Below, piece by piece: positions 36,304 to 50,769 of a stretch of 64,000 nucleotides of DNA (the first letter of the stretch is position 1; the number at the start of each line of letters is the position of its first letter). The DNA comes from Chara braunii (taxonomy: Eukaryota > Plantae > Charophyceae). The stretch spans positions 1,249,521 to 1,313,520 of the forward strand of contig BFEA01000028.1 of the NCBI GenBank assembly GCA_003427395.1, given 5' to 3'. Below the pieces are notes generated by a model, which saw only the letters and a list, made by a program, of their open reading frames with translations, did no database searches and was not told where the DNA came from. The position numbers and the translations under genes are program-made.

Positions 36304-38319
36304 AGTGTGCCTCTTTCATGAACTTTCTGTTATTCCTTGTTAGCTATTGAAAAAATAAAAGGAGGGAAAAAAAAGGGAAACTATGTGGTGTCGACCCTGT
36401 CGAGCGCATCAGTCCTGCAGGGGGACCCTCATGGCCGCGTCACGTAGGATTTGTGAAGAACTTCTTCGCAGTGGAGCTTTCCGCCGCTTCGGCCAAGTGC
36501 GCCAACCATACCTCTCGTGAACCCCTAGGATAGGATAGGTCGCGCGAGGTACAACTTACCTTTGCCCAAGGGGCTGTCACCACCCTTGAACAGGCGTATC
36601 CCCACCGAGCTGCCGAACCACATGCGAAAGCTACTCAGTTGCAATCGCAGAGGTGGCCCAGCCGAGGGCATTTCTTATACGCTGTAGCATAGGGGGTATG
36701 CGCGGTCGCACGCCTTAATTGGACCCATACGCGAGTCGTCGCTCTGGGGGCTGCTGTCCCAAGTGCGACTCGGCGTCGCTCTACTAGGACGGTCCATCTA
36801 ACCACGTGATACACACTTCAAAATAAAAAATCAAGTTACACACACAAAACACGCCTAGTCCTTTTTGGTATCCAACCCACACCTTTACTAACATAGAAAG
36901 TTGTTGGGCGTCACACGCGAGGCTCAACTAAATGTCATGAGGATGCAGACTTTGTCATATCGACTAGCCATGCATAAATATGTAAGCAGTCGCAAAAATG
37001 GCGTACTATGTAGTACCGATAATCATGTGGCCCTCAAAGGTGTTGAGGGTCGCTTTCGACACTCAAGTGTCGACTGACACCCGCCTTAAGGGGACAATCT
37101 CTCGACGTTGGACAATCGCTAATGTGGTTGCGAGTCCTACCCTCTTTTGCATCCTGCGCGGATGAGAGATAGGCGGGCCTTGACCCATTGTAGCAGTTGA
37201 ACACCTCTAACCTTGAAAATGGGGTTCCACCTTTGAAGGTTTGAAAACAGGGCAAGGAATTTGACTTTGACAGTTGCTACGGACCTTAACGTCCAACCAT
37301 GAAACTTGTTTGAAAAGAAAATCTTATTTTTTCTCGATACAATCCGTTTCACCAACACGCACGGTCATATTGGACCACACAGATATACCATATACAAACA
37401 AAGGGGTTATAGAAACACGAGGAAATCATTTTCGCAATTACAGTGTGACTCCCTTCATAAATATATTTATGATCGCAGACAAAGTCAAATTTGAAACTCC
37501 ACTCACAAAACATATCTGCAATTACATCAATGATTCAACATTGGCAAACCACGCACTACATGGGTTCAACTTCAACCACTCTCTGCACTCATACCCCTTT
37601 ACCTTATCCATACAAGCCTCAACATTTGTTTAAAAATAAAACACTCAATACATTTTAAAATTGTTATTCAATAAAAGTCGAGGTAAAAACCCAAAGAAAC
37701 AATTCAACCCACAGAGGGCTAAGACCTTTAGGATGAGTGGCGAGAATGAGTGAGAGTTTAGTCATAAATCGACAAATCGACAACCGATTTGTTATCAAAA
37801 CGTAACAAAACATGATCCTTGTAGAATCAAGTTGAAACCCGTCAGATTTTGAATCGATATGGTCGAAAAAAATACCTATATCCCAACACAGACCAATTAT
37901 CAAACTAAATTTTAAGTGTATGGAGAATAAACCTCATATCATATCTGACACAAAAATTTATTAAGACTAACTTTATATCTACCTTACAACGGGGGCAAGA
38001 AGAATAAGGAAAGTTTTGGCAACATCTTCCATATACAAGATTGATTGTCAAGATTTTTCCTATCAAAATATAATCTAACTCCGCAAAGCTTAAAATTTTT
38101 AGCAGCATTCCCTAGAGAGAAAGTGTCTTTCCATAATTTATACTTGACTGAATATAAAATTTGAAACCATTTTTAACTCTAGAGAGATAAATTTTGTCTA
38201 ACTCTTTGAATTACTAAAAATTTTAGCAGCATCTCCCTTAGAGAAGTAGACTTCCCATATTTATAAGAAAAGTAGACTTCCCATATTTATACTAAGTTGG
38301 ATATGAACACAAAATAAAA

Positions 38320-38850
38320 CTTTTTTTTTTTTTTTTGTTAAACAATGCTCCAATTTATTTGTGAGAATCAACACGGTCGCGAACCAGGGCCAAAATCTTT
38401 TTTTAGAATACAAAATGAGCTACCGGGGCCATTACCCGACTTCGGCTAAGAACAATTGAAAAAATCGAAAAACTAAGAAGCATTCATGGTCCACTACTCA
38501 AACACTACCAAGTCATTAGAATGTGTGTTAAAAAGCTTTCCAACCATTAATCAAATAGGTGAAACATATTCAATCCACCTACGACCACTACCAGCATGGC
38601 TGTTTTCAGCACGAACCGAAGCTCTTCCAAACCTCATGCTCCCGTCAGGCTAGGTTGAAGAGTTGCATTACCTTGCTTCAGCACCGGCCAACATTGCTCT
38701 ACTTACAACCCCCGATGACAACCGAGACTGCCCCTGCAAACAACCCCCCAGATCTCTCTACCAGGTCTCATACCCATTAAGCTAGGTCACAGAGTCACTT
38801 GGCTCTGGCTCCGGCCAGCGTTGCTCCAACATCCGTCTTCAAGGGGCATC
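38320..38850 (-). mobile_element. Poly(A)-tailed retroposon inserted in unit A
   Basis: T-run at 38320-38337; CCGGGGCCATTACCCGACTTCGG is the inverse of 45436-45458; absent from unit B. Confidence 0.65.
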
Positions 38851-41701
38851 AAATTTTTAAAATCTCGTAGCAAGATCACAGATGAATTTAAGTTCTTGCT
38901 AAGATAAAATTCAAGTTTTTGCTAAGACAAAATTCAATTAACTACTTAGATTTGCATAAATTTTGGTTGCACTCCCTCTAGAGAAGGGTCATTTCAAAAT
39001 TTGATCAAAACTAAATACAAAATTTGAAAATAATTATGACTTCGCAAAGTTAAATTTTGTCTAACACCTTAATCTGGTAAAAATTCTGGTAGCACCTCCC
39101 GTAGAAAAGAAGGTTTTCCAGATTCTTACTAAGCCAGATATGAAACTCAGACAAAAGTTAAATTTTGAAAAGTCAAAATTTGATTAACTCCTTGGTTTTG
39201 CAAAAATTTAGACAGCACTTCCCTTAGCGAAAGTGATTTTCTAAAATTTATATAAAGCCAAGTATGAAACATAAGCTTAACAAAAAAAATGCAGAAATTG
39301 AACTAACTCCTATGACTCCAGCCCGTGACAAACATTTAAAGCAACTACCTACCAAACTTAATACTCAAACTGAATAGAGCTTACACTCCACCACATGCAA
39401 GTTCATACCACAATTGGTAAGTACTCTTACAACAGCCAAATCATTCAGCTTAGAGCCAATGCCCGGTCCTTTAGAAAACAAGCAATAAACATAGCACTGA
39501 GTCATTCAGCTTAGAAACCATGCTCAACCTTTAGGAGTCTGTAAACCGTATGCAAAATCGTCTTACTCCCACCTTCCCCCAGTTCATCTCTTAATCTGAT
39601 TTCAATCAGAACAAAAGAAGTTGAAATTAACACATGCATTCCTTTCAATTAATATGATTTACTTATGAAAAGAACACAAAATCATCGAGGAACATATGCA
39701 TATCTCGCAGACAAACCAGAGAGATGTAATAGAAGGGATATAGTGGGTTCACACAGGCAAAAGGAGGTATACCTGACAGTTCTCTGCCTCCAAAATCTCA
39801 CCTAGATTCTGGCAGAGCTCCCACAATCGGTGGGGCGAACCTCCCACAAAGGCCTTGACATAGATTACGAGTTTCAATTCCGCTTGCCGCCTTCCTCTCT
39901 CAACCCATAGATTAGACTGAGAGTAAGAAAGGCAGAAAGAAAGATATTAAGTCGCTCAAATACAAGAAAGGTGTGCTCAGATTCGCGTGAGAGGGCCTTG
40001 AAATCTTGACGCGCATGAGGGTCCCACAATGGTAGCTAGTTTGCAGTGAAGATGGTCCAACCTCAATTGATACACAAGTACACTGCAATCTGACAACCCT
40101 CCAAGGCGTAATAGTAACCCCATTTGCAGTTTTGACGACTCCCTCAAGTCGTGACGGCGCTCCTTCTGACCAAACCGCTACTACGCAGCCTACCTCGTGC
40201 TCTATTCAAATTGCATGAGGAAACAGAGTATAACGTAGCAAAAACACAGTGTGCACTGTGAATGCACAGTCCGTGGTTCAGAACTACACACGTTGATGCT
40301 ATTGTAGCGAAGTGAAAACAACAATCATGGTTCAAAACCCATGGACACAATGCCAGCAACGCGCTGTAACATAAGATAGTTTCTCCCCTTTGCGAAAAAG
40401 TATAGCAAGCTACTCCAATATTGCAGCCTTTTTGAACTGTGCGGAGCAGCAGCAGTTCCAAAAGGAGTATCAACAGTTCTCCCAAATCCTCACTCGTAGC
40501 ACAACCTGGACTTATCTAATGGCCGACCAGATTCGTTCACAAACCGGAATGAGGCACTGGTTCGTTATGATGGAGGTTAGTAACAAGAAGCCCAACTATG
40601 AATGAAGCGCGGGTAACGAGCGAGGCCAGATCGTGAGTGCATAGCGTAGATCACAATCGAGGCCTAGTGTCAGACCCACGATCAATGCGCACAAGTAGTA
40701 GAGTACTGACTTCGAGTTGACCATCACGGTGAGGAATAAGACCGGGGTGGGAATGAGTAAGCAATTGTGACTGTGATTCGGTCGACGGGCTCGAGAGTTA
40801 AGTTGGGTGACAAGCGAGGTGGCTAAATCAACCACGGAGACAAGCTCCCTACGACTTCGACGAGGATAACTACGTTGAGCATCATGATGGTTTTGACTAG
40901 CATAATGCCATAATGATTTCAACAGTATGACGCTCTCCCTCTACCGTGTGTACACCATGAGAATGACTCTTCCGCTGGAATACGGAAAGATGCTCTGCCA
41001 CCTAAGCACTCCTATTCCCTGGGGTATGTAGTACTACCCTCTGACCCTTCTCTCCTTTGGATCCTATCTTTCTACTCCTTCTTCACCCCTTTAGCTGCTC
41101 ACACTCCCCTTCCTGTCTCCCTTTTCAGCCTTTATTCCCACGGTATGTATCTTGTCGCATGTGTGGCCAGATTTCAACAGTTATGAGAAGGCCGACTGGG
41201 AAGATGACAACAGTCGGACGGGAGATTGTCCCAAAGCGCGCACAGCGAAAGGTGGTAACCTCGACTAACCAATGCTACTACCTTGACGGACTCAAAGAAG
41301 ACTAGCACGACGACGAATGCACGGTGAACAGCGCGGATGGCAGCGATCCTGATGAGGTACCGGGATGATCATAACATCAACTACAAATCAGCACAAGTCG
41401 AAACCGCAGCACCTTCGGACGATTGCTCCAAAATTACAATGCCAAGCAGTGCTCACCCCAAACGGGATTACACAACTATAGCGGGCAAAAGCGCTGGCAC
41501 GGAGAGGGTGGTCTCGAGTAGCATGAAAGTGACCACACTCGCAGGCCAAAGCACCGTGCCACTACTCACCGAATGTGCAAGACGAAGGAGAACCTTCCGC
41601 AAGGACATGGGAAGACACATCGCGAGGAACAGACCTGCAAAGAAGTCTCGGTGTGAGTATAGGCTAAGGAGTTGTCAGATGCAAATATCACCACACGCGC
41701 C

Positions 41702-41703
<2 letters not shown>

Positions 41704-41759
<56 letters not shown>
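41704..41759. repeat. (GA)n microsatellite
   Basis: Direct reading. Confidence 0.98.
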
Positions 41760-41761
<2 letters not shown>

Positions 41762-43488
41762 TTTCATCGAAAGGGTGAGCAAAAAGGAAATGGCTCTGTC
41801 GGCAGAATATGGAAATATACATTGCTTTTCAGCCATGGTCACTAGAGAGAGGCTACTTCCATTGATAGGATGCGCAAAATCAGAATGAATCTTCCACTAG
41901 AACCCGAAAGTATTCCTTGCTCTTCAGTCACGCGCGCAGTAACATAGAGAGGAGTTACTTCCATCGATAGGATACGCAAAATTGGAATGAATATTCCGCT
42001 AGAACCCGGAAGTATTCGTTGCCACTCCGAAACCGCTCCTCCCGTCGCAGCTCCTGCTGTTTACTCCGCCAAATCCCCCTCTCAAACCCAAAATCCGGCG
42101 TGCCCCTTCTCTTCGCAACGCTCCGAAACCCCGAGGTAGCCACTTGGTTTGTCCAAATCGGTCGAGAATAACCGAGATACATTGAATTCTTCATCGCCCT
42201 TCCTTCTCTCTGACTTTTCGACTCTCACGCGCAGTCCTTCTTCTCCTAACTCTAATCCTACTAACTTTCTACCCACAGATTCGTATTCGCCAGCCCAAGA
42301 AACCCCTATGGGCCTCGTTCGACACCACTAGAAAACCCTTACATGTAAGGGTTTCATCGTTCCACCTCTCCCTAATGACGAAAAAAAAAATGCGAAATTT
42401 GTTTTCACATTCGCGGGCGTAAGGGCGAGCCCTACAAAAATGAGGGCTCCCCAACCAAAACGGACGCAAACGCAAGAACGGTCGTGGAGGTGACTTGAAA
42501 GTAGGGGTGGCGCCCTTACTTTCCACGGGAAAACTGCCGACATTTTTGTTTTTTTTTTTCCTCAGGTGTTTCCTTCCCGTTCCTGGTCCAAACGCTGGGT
42601 TGTCCGATACACCATGGGACGGCGGTTCCACGATAGTCTCCAACGGGCAGCGCCGTGGCCCGGCTGTGGCCATGCGGTACCTCCGGCTAGCCGTTTCGGC
42701 TTGCGTGTGGAGACGACTGTTGCGGGGGTCACCGCGGAGGCGGGCGCGCGAGTGTCGTTGGTGGCGTCTGTTTCGAATTGGGTGGTATGCGCTGCCCGTC
42801 GCCTGCTGGGCCTTTTCCGCGAGCTGCTATATTGCACTCCTCTGCTACCGCGCTTTGTCGTCATCGAAAGGTAGCAGATCTGTGTGTCATGTTTGGCTGC
42901 AGGCGCGCATGGCTGACATGGTGAGGAAGCTAGCTCTCCTAATTTGTCCTGATTGGGGCAGTGGTGCTGCTCATAGCTCTGCACGCGTGCCACCTGGCTG
43001 GTGCTCGCATCCAGCGTGGAAGGAGGAAGGGGTTGAAGACGCTTCGACAGGGCGCATCGGGGAGCAAAAGGATGGGGGACGAATACAGTCGGGGTTGTGA
43101 GGGTTTTGGGATGGGGAGGAGGGCGTACGGGGGAGGGAGTGGAATGCAACACAATCTCCACCACAAGTTTGATCCAAATTTGTATTCGCATCTCCTCCCC
43201 CTTTTACTTCCACCGAGAGCCTAGCGGCATATGGCAATCCCATCTGCCATAGTCGCTCTTCCGCATCGCAAGCTCTCTTCCCTGCCTTCATGCGCACATG
43301 GCACGACTTGGAGTCCAGGTTCATCTGCAGCTCCAACAGTCCCGCTATCCAAAGGGAGTTTCGAGGTGAACCCGCTGCTAGACGGTTCGTTTAGTCTTTC
43401 GCCACTATGTGCAAGTCCGACGAACGGCCCGTACACTAGCGTGGCTGTGACCTCCGCCAAAGTTTTCCTCTGGCCTCGCCCTACTCAG

Positions 43489-43560
43489 GTGCCACCCTGC
43501 GCAGTGGGCTGTGCTAATCTTCTATTTATCATCCCAATTCTACCGGATGTCTCGAAGGAC
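43489..43560 (-). pseudogene. U6: U6-derived segment in unit A
   Basis: Minus strand GTCCTTCGAGACATCCGGTAGAATTGGGATGATAAATAGAAGATTAGCAC...CTGCGCAGGGTGGCAC. Confidence 0.75.
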
Positions 43561-43796
43561 GAACGATTGCGCGTCAGTATCGCTGCAAGCCTTCCCCAGC
43601 GCCCCCTCCCTGCCGCCGCCCTACTCAAGCATAGCTCAGTCCCAAAGGGCACACTCACACTCAAACCTCTCACCACAGATCGAGCCCGCTGGCTGGTGCA
43701 TCCGAGGTAAGTACCCACCGGCTCGGTGCATGCAAGCCCCCTATGTCCGCTTCGAGTCGGACAGAGGAGTTTCGCTTAGCACTCTGAAGTCAACTG

Positions 43797-43850
43797 GACC
43801 ATACTAATCTTACCTGAATCGCCCCAATTTTAACGATTGTCCCGAGGGGC
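43797..43850 (-). pseudogene. U6: U6-derived 5' segment in unit A
   Basis: Minus strand GCCCCTCGGGACAATCGTTAAAATTGGGGCGATTCAGGTAAGATTAGTATGGTC. Confidence 0.6.
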
Positions 43851-44785
43851 AAACGGCAGTCCCATGAGTGGGATTGCACATGATTTCATCTGAGATGTGA
43901 TCTACGCCTCAATAGTTCATAGGTGCACCAGCCCCGCCAGGCTCTAGGGCATCAACACCTCAAATCCGGCACCGAAATTGGTACCGTCCATGAGCGAAGA
44001 TGGGACAAGAACAAAAGGAGCCAAAATAAAATAAAATAGAAATAAAAATAAATCATGAGAAAGTGAGGAAAGGGAGAAACCTTTGGCACCCTCCTTTGGT
44101 CCTGCCAATCGGGCCCATGGTTGGGTTTGGTAAAAAAAACAAGGGGAATAACCTCGTCAGGCCCTAAATCCCCTTGGTTCCTCGATAATGCTCTAATGCT
44201 CCTGCATGGCTTTCCGTAGGCTTCAATCCCTGAATTCTCCTGATGAAAATCCGATATCGTACCCAATAGTACTAGATTCAAGGACGACACTAGCAGCCGT
44301 GCAAATCTATATAAGTAGATGATGTGCGATGCTCGCTTCTGCGAACACGTACCAAGGCCGCACCTTGGCCTACTGTCTAAATCCATGGCCGTTGGGCTCC
44401 CGCGCCTACCGCGCGGAGACCTTTGCCCACGTTCTATCCCTTCCACACTCGAATTACCACCAAAAAGTTGCACTACTATCGATGTTGTTTTCCGCATGAG
44501 CGCACGCACGTCATAGTCACATCAACAAAAAATCACTTAGTCCTAGTTTAATCAAAGTCAGAAGTTGGCCGGCAAACACGCAGGCTCTATAACATCAATT
44601 AAAAAAATCACGCGTGCCTTAAAACTGTGCCCCCCCACACTCTCTACTTTTAGTCAACCATCCAGTCAACGTAAACGAAACACAACCACGACTCGCGTGG
44701 TGTATTTAAAATTCCGAATCAAACTCTTTTTTTGTCACTTGCAAAAACCAGGGCAGATACCCTTATAAGGGTATTCGCACCAACA

Positions 44786-44978
44786 ACGGGAGTTGCAAAA
44801 ACGAGTTATAATTGCACTATGGGCCAAGATACAGTTTGCAATTGCGATTCGGGCAATGTATACAACACATCTTTCTGGCCAGATAAGGTGCCCGAAGTGT
44901 GATTGCAAACTGTATTTTGCCCCATCATGATAGTGCAATTACAACTCGTTTTTGTGACTCCTGCGTAGTTATCCCCTC
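44786..44978. mobile_element. Mutator-like MITE; its left tip lies at ~36375-36388, separated by unit A
   Basis: GAGTTGCAAAAACGAGTTATAATTGCACTA is the inverse of TAGTGCAATTACAACTCGTTTTTGTGACTC; a second family member lies at ~57427-57640. Confidence 0.75.
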
Positions 44979-45014
44979 CGAAAAAGCAAAACAAAAAATA
45001 AGAATACCTTAGAG

Positions 45015-45540
45015 TTATGAGGGTTCACTCGAGGCTGTTGTTATGTTCAAAGATTTGCTCTTGTTCGATGTCGGAATGACACTGGGCGGTGTTGGGGCAT
45101 CACCTCGGAACCTGCTCTTCGTGCGGGAATTAGGCCTGGTACAGAGATCTGGGGACGCTTTGGGTTGGGCATTCCAAAGGACAACTAGGGTTGTTGTCAA
45201 GAGAACGCTGGTCAGAGTTTGGCCGAGTCGTGTTGCCCTGTAACCTAGCAGGTTGGGGACGTCAAGCCTGGAAGAGCCTGGCAGGGAACAAGATAGTTTT
45301 TGAGGGTTTGTTTTGGTTTGTTGGACAACCCATGGGTTTGAGGGTATTTGAACGTTTTTTGTGGATTTCAGTGGTGAGTGTCCGTGGTTTTCTAAATACT
45401 TCAGTAGTTTTTCTCTATGATCTGTTTTTCTTAACCGAAGTCGGGTAATGGCCCCGGTACCTCAATTCCTATGATCTGCTTTTTCTCAACCGAAGCCAGG
45501 TAATGGCCCCTGTGTCTCAAATTGTTGTGAGTGTTTTTGA
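45015..45540 (+). repeat. Copy of the dispersed retroposon-like repeat
   Basis: Similar to 33710-34050 and, inverted, to 38340-38830. Confidence 0.65.
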
Positions 45541-48500
45541 ATTCACGCTTTCCATCGATCCACCCGGCGGCTCATTCCTCTCCTCTCGAAGGATGTAAAC
45601 TGGAACTTCGTCTTGTCTTAATTGATCGAAAATGGGCAACTCTTCCGACACTCTTCACTTCTCTCATTTTTATCATCTTGTAAGTAGGCAATGTTTACAG
45701 ACGTTTCACTTTGGAAGATCTTCGCTCATCTTTTCGACCGGTCGTTGTGTATCTCTTCCAGAATTTTGTTGATGTCACGTGGAGTATATCTCCATCATCT
45801 GAGCTCAGAAGAACTTCTTCCGGAACTGTTCCATTAGTTTCTGGGGTAATCTCCCACCCCGAGGAACATCGAAATCAAAGGATACGTTGAAGTAATCTCG
45901 GGAACTACTTAGATTTGGTCATTTTTTGTTTGTGAACGGTGGATGTTTGTGTATCGCCCATGTGGACTGAGCCAGCTGAACCATCGAAAGGACAGCTCCC
46001 CAAGCCCCCTCAGTCATGGCCCTTCCCGTATAACAAGGAGATGACGTGTGCCTTTGAGTGGGACGTACGAGAAGTTGTCGCCAAGATAGGCGACCCTTAT
46101 TACTTTTCATCGGAAGCCCGCTGTTCCGGATTTGTAAATGCTGGTTTTGTGATAGTTGATACTCACTTTTCCCCTTATTCTATTTTACTTCTCCTCAACG
46201 GGTTGATTGTCGTCCCGAGGCCGATTCTTGCACCCCACTGGCCTTGTACTTGTGCAGCGATTGTCGCCACACAGAGCGCTTTCAGGCCAACGGATTCCAC
46301 TATAGACACGTGGCGAGGAGGAATACAAGCAAAAAGCAGTAAGACTGCAACCCTCTGACTCAGATTCAGAGCTTTTTGCTGAGCTTCATCGGTCCCTTGT
46401 GCGAAACCGAAATCCGATGTGCGTCCCCCCTCTCTTTTGACGCAAAAAGAGGCGTTGCCCCGCGTGCATCAAAGTTCAAAGATACTTTTTGGACTAAGTG
46501 ACAATTAAGGAAGAGCCCGCTTCCCTAACCCATCTGCCCATTGTTTGTCGCTCCATATGTGGGACCACACGGGGGATTTCAGTTTTGTCTGTATCTCCAT
46601 ACTCAATTTTCCAAAAGTCCTTGGCACACCCTATTTTGCCACTTTCTGGGCCCCTTTTTCGTGCTTACGTCACTCCGACAAAGAAACCAGAGCAGGGTGT
46701 GAGGTTGAACGTCACAACACTGTCCTCCCCCCCCCCCAAAAAAAAAGGTGTAGAATCCGCCGCTAGGCCCGCCACCATCAGCAAGTCACAACATCGAAGA
46801 AACCACCAAATATTTCGCATAACCCGACAGTAAGGAGTCATGCTAAAGTTGACTTCCATCGGTGCTGAGCACCGAAGAGGAGTCCAACCGACCAGTACGC
46901 CAGCAAATTCCTCCTACAATGGGTCGTCTGAGATGTTTTTGAGGTCTGAGGACAGCTTGCTGCCTGCCAGCATTAATTGCCCTGAAAACCCAGGGGATTA
47001 AACCACCATTACTTGGCCCATACATCGGTCGGGGGCCGTTGTCGTTAATGGCCCACAACTTCCGGGCTTCGGGGTACCAGACCTCAATGGTTGGAAGCGC
47101 CAGCTAAAACAAAGTTGAAATGACGTCATGGCGGTTCGGGAAAACTTGGTGCGCAGGGGGTCGGTTGGCTCGGCATCGATAGTTGGGCCAAGTACTGGTG
47201 GTTTAACTGCGCAAAAGAATTAGCAAGGAAGGGAGTAGCCTTTTCAGCCTTGTCGACGGGCGCCTGACAAATCTATAACCAGCTAGCGCTCCCTTCATAC
47301 AGTGTGCCTTTCTATCGGAAATCTGAAATAGAGCATCGAAAAATGACTGCTTTTTGTCATGCTAATTATCAGAAAGCATCTGAGAGCGTATCTGAGAATA
47401 ACAGCCCGGCGGACCAATTTTACACAAGACTTGACTAACTTATGGCGGGAGGTGCAGTTGGCAGTTGGTTCGAGAAGGGATTGAAGAGTATGGTGATGGG
47501 CCCCAGACACCAGTCTCCAGGGGGCGATCGGAGAACTGCTGCGACAACCATCCACCTCTACCAGTCATTCTCTTCTCTGCCGTGCAGGGGGTTCCTCTTA
47601 CCCTCAGCCAAACCAATCAAGATCTATCAGGGTGCCCATTAGGAGAGGAAAAAGATCAAGAAATTCAGAGGGAGGGGGAAGCAGGTTATTGTATCCAATT
47701 GCAGTCCAGTCGCTGAAGCGTAGCCGGTAGTTTTTTTGGGTGGCATCCAACCGTTGCTGGTCTGAAATTACCTGGGTTTCCATCCCAGCCACCCGACAAT
47801 CAAAGCTTGAAAAGGTACCGGCTGAACACGTTGATCCTACCTGGGCCTAATTTGGAACGGGCCCAATATACCACTGTCCAAACCAGGTTCAAGGCTAACC
47901 TAGCCACGGTAACTGCCCAATTCATGACAAATCAGCCTGTGCCTAGTCCTAATGCGGGAAATTCCCAGGTCCCAAATCAACAAACACATCAAACAGAACA
48001 ATAGCCTTGGGTAAGCTAGGGGAAGGACAATAGGATGTGTCCGTGGGTGCTGGCCTGCCCTGCTTAGGTAATCCTGCTGGGTTGGGTCTGTAGAAGATTG
48101 CATGAGCCTGGCGTCTGAAGTTCCCGTACGGCAAGGTTTGTCTGCTTCAGCTTCCATCAGTGTTGGGAGGTTGGCCCAGCCTTGGTGCTTATCACTGTTG
48201 TCTGGTTCAAGTTGCCCTCAATACTGATAGGGTGATGGTCCTGAGTGTTGGTCACACTGAGGGCATACTCACGCGAGGACCAAAAGACTTAAAATCCCAA
48301 AATTTGAGTCATTTTTCGGGTCACACTAGAGAGGCTCGCGACCCAAATGCCTTAAACGATGACCCTTCTGTCAGCGGCCTGCGGGGCCGCGGGCGTAACC
48401 TTTTTTATACCACCTCCGAAGGTGGTCTCAAATTACCTTTCATTTTTTTTCTTTTTACGTTTGCGAATTGAAGAGAAACGTAGACGAAGAAAACAGCCCG

Positions 48501-50769
48501 CCAAACAACTGAACGTGCGACCAGGAACATTTACGTTGTAGATAAGGCCCAAGCGTTATACAAGGGTGAAAAAAAAACAATCCATCTTTTCGTTTCGTCC
48601 TCCCCCGTGTGATCCGGTGCACGTGCCCTAAAGGCAAAGTGTTAGGGTTGTGACTTCGTCCTTTCTGGACGAGGGCCGCCCGTGTCACCACACGGGAACC
48701 AAATGCCTAAAAAAAACAGAACCAAATGCCTCAAATTTTTGAGACTTTTGGTCCCCGTTGTCGAGCGCATCGGTCCCACAGGGGGATCCTCCCGGCCGCG
48801 TCACACAGGATTTTGCAGGACTTCGTCGTAGAGCGCGGGTTGCCGCTCCGACCGAGTGCGCCAGCCGTACCTCTCGCGAGCCCCTACGACAGGATAGGGT
48901 CACACGAGGCACGTCTTACCTCCACCCGCGGGAGCTGTCACCATCCCTTGGGTGGGCATATCCCCGCCGAAATACCGAACCACATGCGAAATCTTTTCGT
49001 ATACAATCGCAGAGGTGGCCCGACCGAGGGCGTTTCTCGTTCGTTGTAGCATAGGGGGTACGCGTGGTCAACGCCCCTCAATCGGACCCGCATGTGAATC
49101 GATCCATTGGGAGGTTAAGGTCTCAAACACGACTCTTCGTCGGTCGACTAGGACGCATCCTACATACCACGTGTTATACCACAACACTCACACACACGGA
49201 AGGACACAAACAACATAACAACACAATAACACTCCTAGTCCCTTCAGTGTCCGACCCATAACCTTTTAACATGGAAATCGGTTAGGCGTTGTGCATGAGA
49301 CTTAAGATAAAATCACGCGGGCGCAGGGCTTTCTCATATCGGCTAGCCATGTAAGCATACGCAAGCAGTCGTTACGATGGAGTACTGTATAGTACCTAAA
49401 ATCATGCGACCCTCAATGATCTCGATGTCACATTTTGACACTTAAGTATCGGTGGACACGCGCCTTGAGGGGTCAATCTCTCGACGCTAGACAACCGCCA
49501 AGGCGGTTGATCACCACACCCTCTTCTGCACCCTGTGGAGAGTGGGTGGTACACGGGTTCATACTTGTGGTGGCAATCGTCTCTTATTGCGCTAGAGACC
49601 AACTCCACCATCCAGGGCGTGGAGAGAACTCAAGGGGTTTGACTTTGACGGTTGTCACGAACTATAACGTTCAACTATAAAATTCTAAAAAGCAAAAAGA
49701 TAAAAGGGGAATGTCCCTTTTCTCTCAACGCATAATCTGTTTAACCTTTGCGCACGGTCACAATAGGTCGCGCGAACATCCAACGCGTATGTATGTACGT
49801 ATATATAGAAGGTTATAAATATATGACGATCACTTCTCACAATCACAACGGGACTCCTCTCAACCATATATACTTAAGTGATCGCAGGCAGTCGAATCCA
49901 AAGTTTGAACCACCAAACATACCTGTTATCACAGCAAAGATTCAACCAAAAATTCATGCACTACACGGGGTCAACTTCAACTATTCTTTGCGTTCACACC
50001 CCCCGCTTTAGCCATACAAACCTCACTCTTTGTGCAACTCTCAAAATAAAATACTCAGCATCTTTATTAAACGGTCATTCAAATAAAGTCCAGGTAAAAA
50101 CACAACGAAACAAATCTAACCACAGGGCTAAAGCCTTTAGGTTGAGTGGCAAAAGTGGTTTGGAGTTGAGTCGAAAACCAACGAATCGGCAACCGACCTG
50201 TTATCATCATAGTAGAAAATAATCTAACTCTCCAAATTCTGCAAAATTTCGGCAGCGCTTCCCGTAGGAAAAATGTCTTTTCAAAATTTTTAGGTGTCCA
50301 AAAATGACTAACTCTTTCAGATCTCTAAAATTTCGGCAACGCTTCCCGTAGGAACAGGAGACTGCCAAGATTTATACAAAGTTAAAAATGCAAGGACAAA
50401 TTTTAAACACAACTATACTTGGGACCAACTTCTGACATTTACTTGATAGTTAGAACCAGAGATAGTTTGCACGATCCCTTATTGAAGACGACATCGTGAG
50501 CTAACACCGATCCTAACTCCTAGTAAGGTCAGTCATATCTTATCCCAAGTTTCTCTTTCATCATCCATCTCTCCTACCTATAGCTCCAGCACTTAGCGAG
50601 CACCTAAAGCAACTAACCTACTGAAAGAGAAGTCCCCAGAGATAGCCTCAAAAACATACACATGTGAGTATAACAATATCTCTCGCCAACCCTCAGGTTC
50701 CTTTCCATGTCGCATAGTTTGTTAAAAAAACCTTGTTATTCTCTTTTACCCTTCCTTACATACGACATA

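Larger units (their letters stand above)
36389..44785 (-). mobile_element. Giant solo-LTR-like unit A (~8.4 kb), inserted in a MITE TIR
   Basis: TGTCGA...CCAACA ends; colinear homology to unit B starts at TGTCGAGCGCATC 36398; the flanks rejoin into a MITE TIR; TSD is degenerate (GTGG/ACGG). Strand is inferred. Confidence 0.7.

Noticed and set aside
45540-48750. Possible Zn-knuckle remnants and LTR-like ends (e.g. CGCCTGACA at 47261-47269)
   Set aside because: No continuous frame, matching partner end or TSD could be established.
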